A DNA stretch of 64,000 nt, from contig CAZQXB010000001.1 of NCBI GenBank assembly GCA_964597575.1, positions 778,892 to 842,891 of the forward strand, written 5' to 3'. Made by a program: the position numbers and the translations under genes. Of the stretch, positions 29,368 through 39,299 are shown piece by piece. The DNA comes from an uncultured Gammaproteobacteria bacterium. GTDB taxonomy: Bacteria; Patescibacteriota; Patescibacteriia; Magasanikbacterales; UBA922. Positions within the stretch are counted from its first letter, which is position 1, and every line of letters begins with the position of its first letter. The notes under the pieces are model-generated. The model saw only the letters and a program-made list of their open reading frames with translations, had not been told where the DNA came from and searched no databases.

Positions 29368-30192
29368 TTATTTTTGAGCGATGATTACGATATTCCACGC
29401 GTATCGCTTTAAAAAGGGCAGAACTTTAAACACGACTCGGTCGATCACAGCTAAGCGCGTATAGAGCGGCTCTAATTTTTTATGATCCGTTAAAATCTTT
29501 TTCCAGTATCGTTCTTTATTCGGATGGACACGATCAATGAAGAAGAATTTCAAAAAAATGAAAAGAGTTGCGAACCAAAATGTTTCATACCGTACCGGAG
29601 AAAAATGCCGACGGAAAATTTCGATCTGATGCATTTTAATCGGATGTTCATCTTCGGTGCGAACTCCCATAGCCATGCGTCGATAGACATTAATGACTGG
29701 GTTATGCGCCACAGGATCCCACGACACAAAAATACCACCGGGACGAAGAACGCGCTTTGATTCAATGAGAGCGGCTTCAATATCAACATGATGCAGCAAA
29801 TTTGCTGCGTACACCACGTCAAATGACGCATCAGGAAAAGGAATTTTATCCGCATACGCCTGTGCTGTATGAACCGATGTCCCATGGAGAGCGGCTACTT
29901 TTTTAACCACCTCGAGCATTCCACTTGAAATATCAGTCGCCGTCACCTCAGCTCCCTGCTTCGCGAAATACACGGCTCCTTCCCCTGCTCCCGACCCCAG
30001 TTCTAAGACCTTTTTTCCCTTCAAATCCCCAATCGACGAAATAATAAAGCGATTTTCCGGAGAGGTGCACGCCTCAAAAAACTCGTCGACCATGACCTCT
30101 TTTGGATCAATCGAACCAGCCCATTCATCGTGAAAATGCTCTTCTTTATCTAACACCTGAGATGAGGTCGTCATAAAAAAATAAGTTTGCAC
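29368..30192 (-). CDS. Class I SAM-dependent methyltransferase
   Basis: 274 aa with motif I VLELGSGAGEG and Methyltransf_11-like spacing. Confidence 0.75.
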   Translation of the reverse strand: MQTYFFMTTSSQVLDKEEHFHDEWAGSIDPKEVMVDEFFEACTSPENRFIISSIGDLKGKKVLELGSGAGEGAVYFAKQGAEVTATDISSGMLEVVKKVAALHGTSVHTAQAYADKIPFPDASFDVVYAANLLHHVDIEAALIESKRVLRPGGIFVSWDPVAHNPVINVYRRMAMGVRTEDEHPIKMHQIEIFRRHFSPVRYETFWFATLFIFLKFFFIDRVHPNKERYWKKILTDHKKLEPLYTRLAVIDRVVFKVLPFLKRYAWNIVIIAQK

Positions 30193-30200
30193 TTAGGACA

Positions 30201-31154
30201 TTAGGTTGCTGCATTTTTACTTTCCACCCGAGCCACAATATACAACGGACGATTCTTTGAACCCTCAAAAATACGTCCGATATATTCGCCGATGGTGCCT
30301 AAAATAATAATTTGGATGCCACCAATCATAATAATCGACAGAAGAATTGTGGTGAGACCCGGCACGGTTTTCGTTGTAAAAAGTCGTAAAAAAAGAATAT
30401 ATACTGCTCCGGCAAATCCCAAACCAGCAATAGCGTACCCAACAAAGTTCACAATTTTTAGCGGAGCGTAGGAAAAAGAAAAAATAGCATCCTTACTAAG
30501 GGCAATCATTTTCCGAAGCGGGTATTTTGTTTCTCCTGCAAACCGTGCATCTCGGTTATATTGAATAATGGTACTCCGAAACCCAACCCAAGGAATGAGG
30601 CCGCGAACGAAACGGTGGCGCTCTCGCATATTCCGAAGTTCCGTCACCACAGGCCGGGCAATCAAGCGAAAATCTGCCGTATCAAGTGGAATATGAATTT
30701 TACAAATGCGCGAAATAAGACGATAGAACATTTTCGCACTCGCACGTTTAAACCACGTCTCTCCCTTCCGCGCGAGACGCTGGGCAAACACGACCTCATA
30801 CCCTTCTTCCGCTTTCTGAAATAAGTCAGCAATAAACTCCGGGGGGTCTTGTAAATCTGCATCAATCGTCACAACGTAATCCGCGCTACTATAGTCAATA
30901 CCCGCAGTAATCGCAATTTGGTGTCCAAAATTACGGCTAAAATGAAGCACCTTAACCCCCTCATGCTCACGAGCAAACACATCAAGAATGCCTGGTGTTT
31001 TATCTTTCGACCCATCGTTTATAAAAATAAACCGAACTTCGGCGGCAAGAGTACTCTGCAGTTTTAACAATCGCTCAAACAAGGCTGGTAAACACTCCTC
31101 TTCATTAAAAACAGGGATAACGACATCGAGTGTTTTTCGTGCGGATGGAATCAT
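30201..31154 (-). CDS. GT2 polyprenyl-phosphate glycosyltransferase (ArnC/GtrB-like) with two C-terminal TM helices
   Basis: 317 aa with VIPVFNEE, NDGSKDKT, IDADLQDPPE and a C-terminal TM pair typical of GtrB/ArnC. Confidence 0.85.
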   Translation of the reverse strand: MIPSARKTLDVVIPVFNEEECLPALFERLLKLQSTLAAEVRFIFINDGSKDKTPGILDVFAREHEGVKVLHFSRNFGHQIAITAGIDYSSADYVVTIDADLQDPPEFIADLFQKAEEGYEVVFAQRLARKGETWFKRASAKMFYRLISRICKIHIPLDTADFRLIARPVVTELRNMRERHRFVRGLIPWVGFRSTIIQYNRDARFAGETKYPLRKMIALSKDAIFSFSYAPLKIVNFVGYAIAGLGFAGAVYILFLRLFTTKTVPGLTTILLSIIMIGGIQIIILGTIGEYIGRIFEGSKNRPLYIVARVESKNAAT

Positions 31155-31227
31155 ACATGGGACTAAACTGCTCTTCGCATAATACGTTCAATGTACACAA
31201 AAATGCCTGGTTTGTACATACCTAGGC

Positions 31228-32841
31228 CTAGCGCATACGAGCGAACAACTCTCCCCACCACTTGACCCGAAGTTTTGTAGGGAAAAAAGAAGTGACCGCA
31301 ATAACCAGACGATTTTTGAATCCTAGGAACAAAAAAGGCTTCTTTTTTGAAATTGCTTCAAGAATATGATCTGCCACTTCAAGCGGAGAAAGAAGCGGGC
31401 CACTACTTCTGACCCCTGCACGTTCTTGGAATGCCGTATTTGTACCTGAAGGTGAACACGTTACGACAGAGCACGATTCCTTTTGCTCGTACCAAAGGGC
31501 GCTTGACCAACTCAGGATAAACGCTTTGGTTGCGGCATACACACCCATACCCGGAAGTGGATGGTGACCCGCGGAACTCGCAATATTTACCACTGTACCA
31601 CCATGGCGAGCAATCGTTGGAAGAAGTGCTCTTGTTAAAAGAACTGGGGCCATCATATTCACGCCCATCATGAGGGCGAGCTGTTCTTCGGACATAGTAT
31701 CGAAATCGCCCTTAAATCCCACCCCAGCATTATTAATAAGTACAAAAAGTGGATACTCCCGAGTGGTCTCAATGACGGTTTGAATTCCATCCACAGTAGA
31801 GAGGTCTGCGCAAATAATTCGATTTCCCTTGAGCTCTGCCATACGCTTAATCTGTTTGTCAACCAAAAGAAGGGGTTTTCCTTCGGCATGAAGACGGCAG
31901 GCTAATTCATAGCCAATACCGCTATTCGCACCGGTCACGAGCCAGTACCCGGTATTCACCACATGATCACGAATCACCCCAAGTATTGCGTCAGAAAAAA
32001 GGCGTGGTTGTTTGTTTTTAAAAAATGTCTCACGAAATGATTCGTCGGGGGTAAAAAGTGCGTCCGCCACTCCCGTATTCTTGAGAAGCGGGAAAAAATT
32101 TTTTACCGAGCGAGGCAACCAGGTCAAACCAGGAAATGGAATTTGAGCTAAGGATCGACCGGTAATGTGCTCATGAATTGCGACAAAGATGCGACCAAAA
32201 GAAATTACTTCTGTTTCAGCAATAAAGGTCTTTCCTTTTACCCTGTCAGAACCAATACAGGCAATAAGAACCGCAACCAAATCTTCCACATGAATTACCG
32301 AGACTTGATTTGATATCTTCAGACGAAATATCCAATGCTTACGATACGCTAGGGTTACTAAATGACTGATAGCATCTTTCGTTGCCATGCCACGACCATA
32401 TACCGAACTGGGGCGAATGACTGTATACGGCACACTGCTTGCCGTAATAGCCTTTTCCTCTTTAGCCATTAATTCAGATTGAGGCCCACGCGCCGGCTGA
32501 CCGAGAACAACCAGATGTTTTCCTTTTTTACCTCCTTCTAGTGCCTGGAGAAGAGCAGAAATTGAAGCGCCACCTGAGGCATCAAAAAATATCGTAGCGC
32601 TCTCTAAAAGTGCTTCCCGATACACCGACGGCTCTTCAATAGAGCCATTTAGTACACGAATTCTTGGATCTTCCAAAGACAGTGGTGTTTTCGATAAAAC
32701 CCAAACTACGCTTGACGGGCTAAGCGTAGTAAGAAGTGCCGACAACAACTGAGAGGAGACAAAACCCCGGATATCAGTTAAAAAAACCGTGGCGGTTATT
32801 TCTCCCATAAACGTTCCGGAATATTTGGTGCTTTTGGCCAA
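31228..32841 (-). CDS. Two-domain oxidoreductase: N-terminal NAD(P)-binding epimerase/dehydratase-like domain fused to a C-terminal classical SDR
   Basis: 537 aa. The C-terminus has TGANSGIG, NNAG and YAATK. The N-terminal half is paralogous to the N-terminus of 35908-37485. Confidence 0.7.
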   Translation of the reverse strand: MAKSTKYSGTFMGEITATVFLTDIRGFVSSQLLSALLTTLSPSSVVWVLSKTPLSLEDPRIRVLNGSIEEPSVYREALLESATIFFDASGGASISALLQALEGGKKGKHLVVLGQPARGPQSELMAKEEKAITASSVPYTVIRPSSVYGRGMATKDAISHLVTLAYRKHWIFRLKISNQVSVIHVEDLVAVLIACIGSDRVKGKTFIAETEVISFGRIFVAIHEHITGRSLAQIPFPGLTWLPRSVKNFFPLLKNTGVADALFTPDESFRETFFKNKQPRLFSDAILGVIRDHVVNTGYWLVTGANSGIGYELACRLHAEGKPLLLVDKQIKRMAELKGNRIICADLSTVDGIQTVIETTREYPLFVLINNAGVGFKGDFDTMSEEQLALMMGVNMMAPVLLTRALLPTIARHGGTVVNIASSAGHHPLPGMGVYAATKAFILSWSSALWYEQKESCSVVTCSPSGTNTAFQERAGVRSSGPLLSPLEVADHILEAISKKKPFLFLGFKNRLVIAVTSFFPTKLRVKWWGELFARMR

Positions 32842-34028
32842 TATTTGATTTTTCGATATGGTCCTGGACGAGTCGTATTGTAAATTTCTGGATATCGGGC
32901 TTTAACTTTTTCAATAACATCAAATATCCCCTCCTCACCAACGGGCTTTAACTTACGAAAGCGCGTTTTAAATTGAATCCATAAGCGTTCACGGAGCGTT
33001 GAAAACGAACGAGCTGAAAGGGTCATTTCTGGGTAACTCCCAAAATTGCAGCCTGTACACTTTTTTGCAATCGATTTTACTGATTCGCGAAACTGATACG
33101 ATTTGTAGACTTCAGGAAAGTGATCATCGTACACATAGATCTTTTCTGGATACCGAAAATCACAGCACGGAGCAAACGCGCCGTCAGGAAGCATTGCAAA
33201 ATACAAATTTGGCGTATCACACACATCATCTTTCCTCCAATTTGGACGGCCTGTTGTAATAAAATGATAAATCGAATCAAGATAATCGTCTGAATCAAAC
33301 AGTGCATATCCCTGACGTTTTTTCTTCTTTAAGCGCTGAATCAATTCACGAATTTTGGGGTAATCTTCTTCTTTGAATTTAAAGTACTCATCATACCCTC
33401 GAAAATTCATCGGGCTTGAGGTTTGGGTAATATGCACTGGCACAAGCGAAAGCCACCAACCAATTTCTGTGGCAAAATCTAAAATAGCATCGATTTCGTC
33501 AATGTTGTATTGAGATAACACGCACCCAAGGGCACAAATCGAATCTTTCGGAGGAAACGTATTATTAATAAACCCAATGGTTTTCATGGCGTTGTTCCAT
33601 GAATGCGGCAAGCCATTAATATAGTCAGAAAGCTCTTCGTCGAGAGAATCGATACTTACATTAATATCGCGAGCTCCATACTCAACGCACTTCGCAATTT
33701 TATCTTTTTTATGATACAACCCAGCCGTCTGGAGACGGACATCAAGCTTGTTTTGCTTGAAAATACGAACGATATCATCAATATCTGGGCGCAAAAAAGG
33801 TTCTCCGCCAGTAAGGAGAACGACCCCAGCACCAATTTTTACCAAATTCTTTGCAATTTTTTCAATTTTATCCGGAGTGAACGGTTCAATATCCTGATTT
33901 GCCTCTACGATATTACACATTTTGCACTTCTGATGGCAGTATTTTGCAATATAAAACTGAATGTAAAAGGGTGAATCCTTCGTCATGAGTGCCCGAGCCA
34001 TCGACCGTTTTGTCTGAAGAGAAAACAT
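32796..34028 (-). CDS. Radical SAM domain protein (possible SPASM/twitch C-terminal Cys cluster)
   Basis: 410 aa with CxxxCxxC (CHQKCKMC) near the N-terminus, LTGGEPFLR, and C-terminal Cys (CCDF, CTGCNFG). Confidence 0.75.
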   Translation of the reverse strand: MFSLQTKRSMARALMTKDSPFYIQFYIAKYCHQKCKMCNIVEANQDIEPFTPDKIEKIAKNLVKIGAGVVLLTGGEPFLRPDIDDIVRIFKQNKLDVRLQTAGLYHKKDKIAKCVEYGARDINVSIDSLDEELSDYINGLPHSWNNAMKTIGFINNTFPPKDSICALGCVLSQYNIDEIDAILDFATEIGWWLSLVPVHITQTSSPMNFRGYDEYFKFKEEDYPKIRELIQRLKKKKRQGYALFDSDDYLDSIYHFITTGRPNWRKDDVCDTPNLYFAMLPDGAFAPCCDFRYPEKIYVYDDHFPEVYKSYQFRESVKSIAKKCTGCNFGSYPEMTLSARSFSTLRERLWIQFKTRFRKLKPVGEEGIFDVIEKVKARYPEIYNTTRPGPYRKIKYWPKAPNIPERLWEK

Positions 34029-34120
34029 AATAAATGTAACATGAAAGGCAGCCTGAACGACCGTTCGTGCACCTCCAAAATAGTAGCATGGGAAGTCTGT
34101 TTCGTCAAAAGCCTCACCCT

Positions 34121-35911
34121 CTATCGAAGGGCATAAATAATGTACTGATTATTTTCATAGACAGGCACCTCTTCTCGCGCCGTATACCCCGGAGAAGTTT
34201 TATCAAAAATAACAAAATCCGCATCCTTGGTCCTGAATTCCGAAAGTTCAATCTGATTGTATCGACTCCAATCAAACACCCCCCATTCGACCACGGTAAA
34301 CCGAAGCTCAAGCAACCGATCGTACGCTGGGAAAAAATACTCTGGGATATAACTTAATTGAAATAAATCGCAAGTGTTCACATAAATACTATTCTTTGTA
34401 ATGAATCGAAACGCACCGGAAAACATGCAATTATTCGGCGGGATGATAAACATTTTTCCCTTATACTGTTTTGCCCAGGTAAGCACCCCCCCAAATTCAG
34501 GGTGGGCTTTGGTGAGGCCGTAATTTTTGTCGATATCAAAACTAAAATTGAACTGGTTCTCGCCATGAAGAAGTCGGTACACTTTATGGAGCTTATTATT
34601 GAACTTATGTTCAAACATCCCAAGCACTATGATTGCAATAATGAGGGGCGGAAGAATAAGTAAACGTCTTTTTTTCACCGCCCCAATTGATTGATCAGCC
34701 AGAAGCCACGTGTTCCATTTTTTCTCCCCAAAAAATTTTTCTACCTGAAGCGCATAATACCCGAACACGAGAAGTAAAAGCCCGAGACCGAGGCGATGCG
34801 ACGGAACAATAAGACTCCCTATAAGCGTAAGTGCGGCAGTAATTGAGGTGAGTGTTTTCTTACGATATAAATTCCACGAGAGTATCGTAAAGAGAAGCAC
34901 AAACAACGGTTTAATAATATACGTTGCCCGAGAGGCAAAGTAGAGATAGAAAAACTGAACGTGGTGAATAACGTATACGTTCACCAACCAAATACCGACG
35001 AGTACAAAGGCTGCGGTAAACAGACGAAAAATAGTCTGTTCATGTAAAATAACGAACTGTTTTTTTGCTCGGACAAAGAGAAGAAATATCCAAGCGGCAA
35101 GAGTAAATGCGTAGGCCTCGGGGTAGCTCTCAATATAGATGTGCCCAAACCAATATCCGTTTAAGCTGCGAAAAAGCCGAAAAAACTTTTCTGCGTCAAC
35201 TACCGGACCAATACGTGAAAGAGCCAGAAAGACATTCGGAAGAAAAAGTAAACCGGCGATCACTGACCCAATTAAGAATTCTCGATACTTTTTCGTCTGC
35301 CACGCATCGTAGAGCATAAGGAGCCCAAACGAACACATGAAAAAGATACCCGACGGCGGATGAAGATAGGTGGTTAAACTCGCGATTGTAATACTCCACA
35401 CCGGTTTTTTAAGAAGATACAAATAAAGAGCCCACGTTTGAGCAAAGAGGACGCTCGAAACCGGACTCAAATAAAACAAAGGAATTGTCGACCCCCCAAT
35501 CGCAAAACGCTCACCAACAAAAAGCATGAGAAACATGGCCGCCACCGTAAGCCATTTATTTTTCGTCAGAAGAAGAAAAATATTATACCAGGCAAGTAGG
35601 AGAAGGAGGCCAATCGGAAAACTAATCAAAACATCGGCCAATGGAAAATTGCTGGCATACCCTGGAACGTAGTAGAGAAGCTGATAGAGAATGAAGTTCC
35701 CTTTGAGACTGCCGAGGACTCCAAGATCATTATGCGCAAACGCCTGGCTGTCCATCCGCCGGATTGTCATGGCATACCCATACGAGCCGTCGCCATTTAA
35801 CGTGAAGGTGGAGGCGAGCATATACGCTGCCACCATACCCAAAAGTACAACCAGTACCATGCCGCGGGGAAATTGAATGTTACGCCATATCTCTTGGAGA
35901 TCTTTGATCAT
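34121..35911 (-). CDS. Large polytopic membrane protein with a C-terminal extracytoplasmic domain (putative GT-C glycosyltransferase, paralog A)
   Basis: 596 aa with about 12 TM helices plus a roughly 170-aa C-terminal soluble domain. It is clearly paralogous to 37485-39299. Confidence 0.6.
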   Translation of the reverse strand: MIKDLQEIWRNIQFPRGMVLVVLLGMVAAYMLASTFTLNGDGSYGYAMTIRRMDSQAFAHNDLGVLGSLKGNFILYQLLYYVPGYASNFPLADVLISFPIGLLLLLAWYNIFLLLTKNKWLTVAAMFLMLFVGERFAIGGSTIPLFYLSPVSSVLFAQTWALYLYLLKKPVWSITIASLTTYLHPPSGIFFMCSFGLLMLYDAWQTKKYREFLIGSVIAGLLFLPNVFLALSRIGPVVDAEKFFRLFRSLNGYWFGHIYIESYPEAYAFTLAAWIFLLFVRAKKQFVILHEQTIFRLFTAAFVLVGIWLVNVYVIHHVQFFYLYFASRATYIIKPLFVLLFTILSWNLYRKKTLTSITAALTLIGSLIVPSHRLGLGLLLLVFGYYALQVEKFFGEKKWNTWLLADQSIGAVKKRRLLILPPLIIAIIVLGMFEHKFNNKLHKVYRLLHGENQFNFSFDIDKNYGLTKAHPEFGGVLTWAKQYKGKMFIIPPNNCMFSGAFRFITKNSIYVNTCDLFQLSYIPEYFFPAYDRLLELRFTVVEWGVFDWSRYNQIELSEFRTKDADFVIFDKTSPGYTAREEVPVYENNQYIIYALR

Positions 35912-37485
35912 ATTTTTTTATATACACGCATGGTGCGTGATGCAGGCCAAAAATGACGCACCCGGTGTTCCTGCACTCTTTTTGCTCCGAGTTCCAAAAG
36001 GAGAGCGTCCCAATCGCTTGGCGCGCGAAAGTGAAGTGTATCTTTTTTATACAAAAGATTGTCCCAAAACGTAGTCCACCACACATCTGGCATATCGTTT
36101 GCATCGACCTCTTTCATGACAAAAATCCCGCCAGGACGAAGCGTTTCTAGAACTTTTTTTAATAACTCACGTTGTTTTTCCTCTCCGTGATGATGAAGGA
36201 CATCGTTTACAATCACCGCTTCGGCGTCTTTTACTTCTACGTCTTCCATGCGTCGACAAACAAAGGTAGCATTCGGTGATGCGGCCGAAGTTGCCTGAGC
36301 AATCCGTTTTTCATCAACATCAATGCCGATCATACGTGCGCCCGGGATCGCCTGCCCAAGAAGATTCGTGAGCATCCCCTCTCCGCACCCTAAGTCGAGG
36401 ATGGTTCCACCGACTGGCAAAACTTCTTTGAAAAAAGAAACGGGGTAAAGAGACAGCTTGAGCCAGGCTCCAAAAAACCCAAAACCGATTTGGGTATATT
36501 TATGGACTTGTTTAAAAAGTGACGTATTGGTAGCAATAACATCTCGGATACCCTTCTCAAAAGAGACGGGGGCAGTGATTCCAAAATCGTGCATATACGA
36601 CTCTCGATCAGCATAGAGATAGTCGACAAACAAATTGGCAACGGTGAGTGGAATACCGTAATGAAATTTTTTTACAAACCAAGAAACGCAGGTGGGCACT
36701 GGTATCTGACGGGGGGTCGTTCCAGTTACTTCCTTTCCGATGATACGGAATATGGCTCCGATAGACAACGCTTCAGTGGTTCCGAAATACGTCTTCCCTA
36801 TCACTTTGGTATTTCCTATGCAGGAGATAAACGATTGTACAAGATCCCCCACATAGATAAGAGAAACACGGCCTGGAAATTGAATTCTCGTCAACAGTGA
36901 ACGCTTGTAAACCATAGACACAAACGTATTGATATGAGAATTAGATCGCATGTGTGTTCCATATACCCATGTCGGACGAATAATGGTAAAGGGAAGGCCG
37001 CTCTCTTTGACCCATTGCTCTGATTTCAATTTTGACTTTCCATACTGCGTTCGTGGTGCCGGAGTACTTTCAATCGTAAGAGGAAGTGAGAAGGTGTCTT
37101 TTTTATGTCGATCCACAGCACCAATCGTACTTATAAAAATAAAATTTTTCAGCTGACGACTGTCGGACTTCAGAATATCAACCAGGTGTTTCGTCGACTC
37201 AAAATTCACCCTTTCATCCTCGGCGCCACCTCCAAAAAAATTGACGTTGGCACCGAGATGAAACACATACTGTGCCTCACGAATTTCAGTCGCATGCCTT
37301 TTAATATCACGGAGGTCTCCCTTGAGAGCAATAACACGGGGATCAGAAAAAACCACGTCATTTCGTACAAGCACATAAATCTTCGCACGCTCAGAAATAG
37401 TGGAGAGAAGGTGTGCTAAAAAATGTTTACCGATAAATCCAGTTGCCCCGGTTATGAATATCGTTGTCTGCTCTTCCATATACAT
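35908..37485 (-). CDS. Two-domain protein: N-terminal NAD-dependent epimerase/dehydratase-like domain fused to a C-terminal class I SAM methyltransferase
   Basis: 525 aa. The N-terminus has FITGATGFIGKH. The C-terminus has ILDLGCGEGM and DVLHHHGEE (Methyltransf motifs I and post-II). Confidence 0.7.
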   Translation of the reverse strand: MYMEEQTTIFITGATGFIGKHFLAHLLSTISERAKIYVLVRNDVVFSDPRVIALKGDLRDIKRHATEIREAQYVFHLGANVNFFGGGAEDERVNFESTKHLVDILKSDSRQLKNFIFISTIGAVDRHKKDTFSLPLTIESTPAPRTQYGKSKLKSEQWVKESGLPFTIIRPTWVYGTHMRSNSHINTFVSMVYKRSLLTRIQFPGRVSLIYVGDLVQSFISCIGNTKVIGKTYFGTTEALSIGAIFRIIGKEVTGTTPRQIPVPTCVSWFVKKFHYGIPLTVANLFVDYLYADRESYMHDFGITAPVSFEKGIRDVIATNTSLFKQVHKYTQIGFGFFGAWLKLSLYPVSFFKEVLPVGGTILDLGCGEGMLTNLLGQAIPGARMIGIDVDEKRIAQATSAASPNATFVCRRMEDVEVKDAEAVIVNDVLHHHGEEKQRELLKKVLETLRPGGIFVMKEVDANDMPDVWWTTFWDNLLYKKDTLHFRAPSDWDALLLELGAKRVQEHRVRHFWPASRTMRVYKKI

Positions 37486-39299
37486 TATAAACTAAGATCG
37501 TAAACAACATACCTCGCACTCTCAAATACAGGAGAGCCTCCACGAGGCTTAAACCCTGAAGAACGTTTATCGAAAATGGCAAAATCCGCACCAGTCGACT
37601 TCAAAACAGCATCACTCATTGTATTATACCCAGAAAAATCAAGCTGACGCTCTCCGGTAATACGAAACCCCAACGCCGACATTCGGTGATACCCTTCAAG
37701 AAAATCTTTCGGGCTATAGCTCAGCTGACCCATATCATCAATATTGGCGTAGATACTATTTTTAGTAAAATATCGAAAGTACACAAAATCGTTTCGGCCA
37801 TCAAGGGGAACCAAAAATAGTTTTCCTTTGTATTGTTTGGCCCAGTCTACCAGTTCACTAAACGGTGGATTAGTTCGAGAAACAGAATAATTTCGGTCAA
37901 AATCAAAGGAAAAATTAAACACATTATTGCCACGGAGAAGTTGATAGACCTTATAAAACTTATTATTTCTTAGGTACCCAAAGACACCCGCGAGAAGTAC
38001 CAAAACAAGGAGAAGAATTTTTAGATTTCTCTTCTCCTCCTCACGCGTTTGTGGTTCAAAAAACCAAAGAAGTTTTGCTTCAAAAAGATAGCAAAGTGTA
38101 ACAAGAATAAGAATCAATGCTCCCGCCCACGAGGAAAGTGTCATCATGCTCACAGCCACTAGAAGGGCCAGAATCTTTGGTAGCCAATTTCGTCGTGAAA
38201 ACAAATGGTCAAAAACGAGCACCAAATACAACACACTTAAGGGCTTGATGATGTAGAATGCACGAGCGACAAAGGTGGTGTAATAAATATTGAGGTTACC
38301 GTGCGCGTAAAAATTAAGAAGCCAGACTGCACTTCCTAAAAATCCGATAATCATAAATCGAATCAGCATCTCTTGTCGCTCCACAACAAACTTTTTCTTG
38401 AAGTAAAGAACAAGAACGAGAAAGAGAGCTGCGAATGTGTATGCGTAGGTATGAGAAAAATATGACTCAACAAAAAGCGCCGAGACTTGCCGGATCTGAA
38501 ACATGATCGCAAAGAAAAGCTCTTTCTCTTCTTCAGACAGAGTCAGGTTATTTCCCAAAAGATAGATATTGGGTGCCACAATAACAAAGGCAGCCAAAAG
38601 AGGTTTCAAAAGATCGGAGAAACGTTTTGAACGCCAGACTTCTAAAAAAAGACAGGCACTCAGAATACCGAGGAAGACAAAACCAGAAGCAGGGTGCATG
38701 TAGGCGGTAACCCCAAGCAGGGCAAAACTGATAATATAACGCGCGCGGAGAAAATAGTAGAAGGCAAAAACTTGTAGAAAGTGAACACTTCCAATAGACG
38801 TAAAAATAAAAAATGGGATAGGGTACCCATGAAGGAATAATTTTGTATCAGAAAAGAGCAGGAAAAAAATGGCCAAAAGAACTATTTTTTTATTGTTGAC
38901 CAACACGCGAAAAACATTGTACCAGGCAAGTACCAAAAGAAGTGTAAGTGGGGTACTGAAAACAAAATCACGAAGGTTATAATTATCCGCAAAAAGAGGA
39001 ATAAGCGCGAGCAGCCGGTACAGCAAAAAATTTCCTGCTCCACTATTTACGAGAACATCACTCGCATGATAGAACGATGGATTTGCCAAACGCTCTGTAA
39101 TTGCATACCCAAAAAAACAGTCTCCACAAATACTGAAGGCGTTCAGAAATGCGTAAACCGTAACCATGGCAATAAGCATGAGTGCTTCAAGACCACTTGG
39201 AATGTGGATCTCCCTCAATACTTCCCTACATTTTGCTAACCCCATACGAATCCATGTCATAGGAGAGTCATGAGACATAACGACGAGCTCGTTTAACAA
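37485..39299 (-). CDS. Large polytopic membrane protein with a C-terminal extracytoplasmic domain (putative GT-C glycosyltransferase, paralog B)
   Basis: 604 aa with the same architecture as 34121-35911. The shared C-terminal blocks are FTKNSIY, GQLSYSP and GADFAIFDK. Confidence 0.6.
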   Translation of the reverse strand: MLNELVVMSHDSPMTWIRMGLAKCREVLREIHIPSGLEALMLIAMVTVYAFLNAFSICGDCFFGYAITERLANPSFYHASDVLVNSGAGNFLLYRLLALIPLFADNYNLRDFVFSTPLTLLLVLAWYNVFRVLVNNKKIVLLAIFFLLFSDTKLFLHGYPIPFFIFTSIGSVHFLQVFAFYYFLRARYIISFALLGVTAYMHPASGFVFLGILSACLFLEVWRSKRFSDLLKPLLAAFVIVAPNIYLLGNNLTLSEEEKELFFAIMFQIRQVSALFVESYFSHTYAYTFAALFLVLVLYFKKKFVVERQEMLIRFMIIGFLGSAVWLLNFYAHGNLNIYYTTFVARAFYIIKPLSVLYLVLVFDHLFSRRNWLPKILALLVAVSMMTLSSWAGALILILVTLCYLFEAKLLWFFEPQTREEEKRNLKILLLVLVLLAGVFGYLRNNKFYKVYQLLRGNNVFNFSFDFDRNYSVSRTNPPFSELVDWAKQYKGKLFLVPLDGRNDFVYFRYFTKNSIYANIDDMGQLSYSPKDFLEGYHRMSALGFRITGERQLDFSGYNTMSDAVLKSTGADFAIFDKRSSGFKPRGGSPVFESARYVVYDLSL

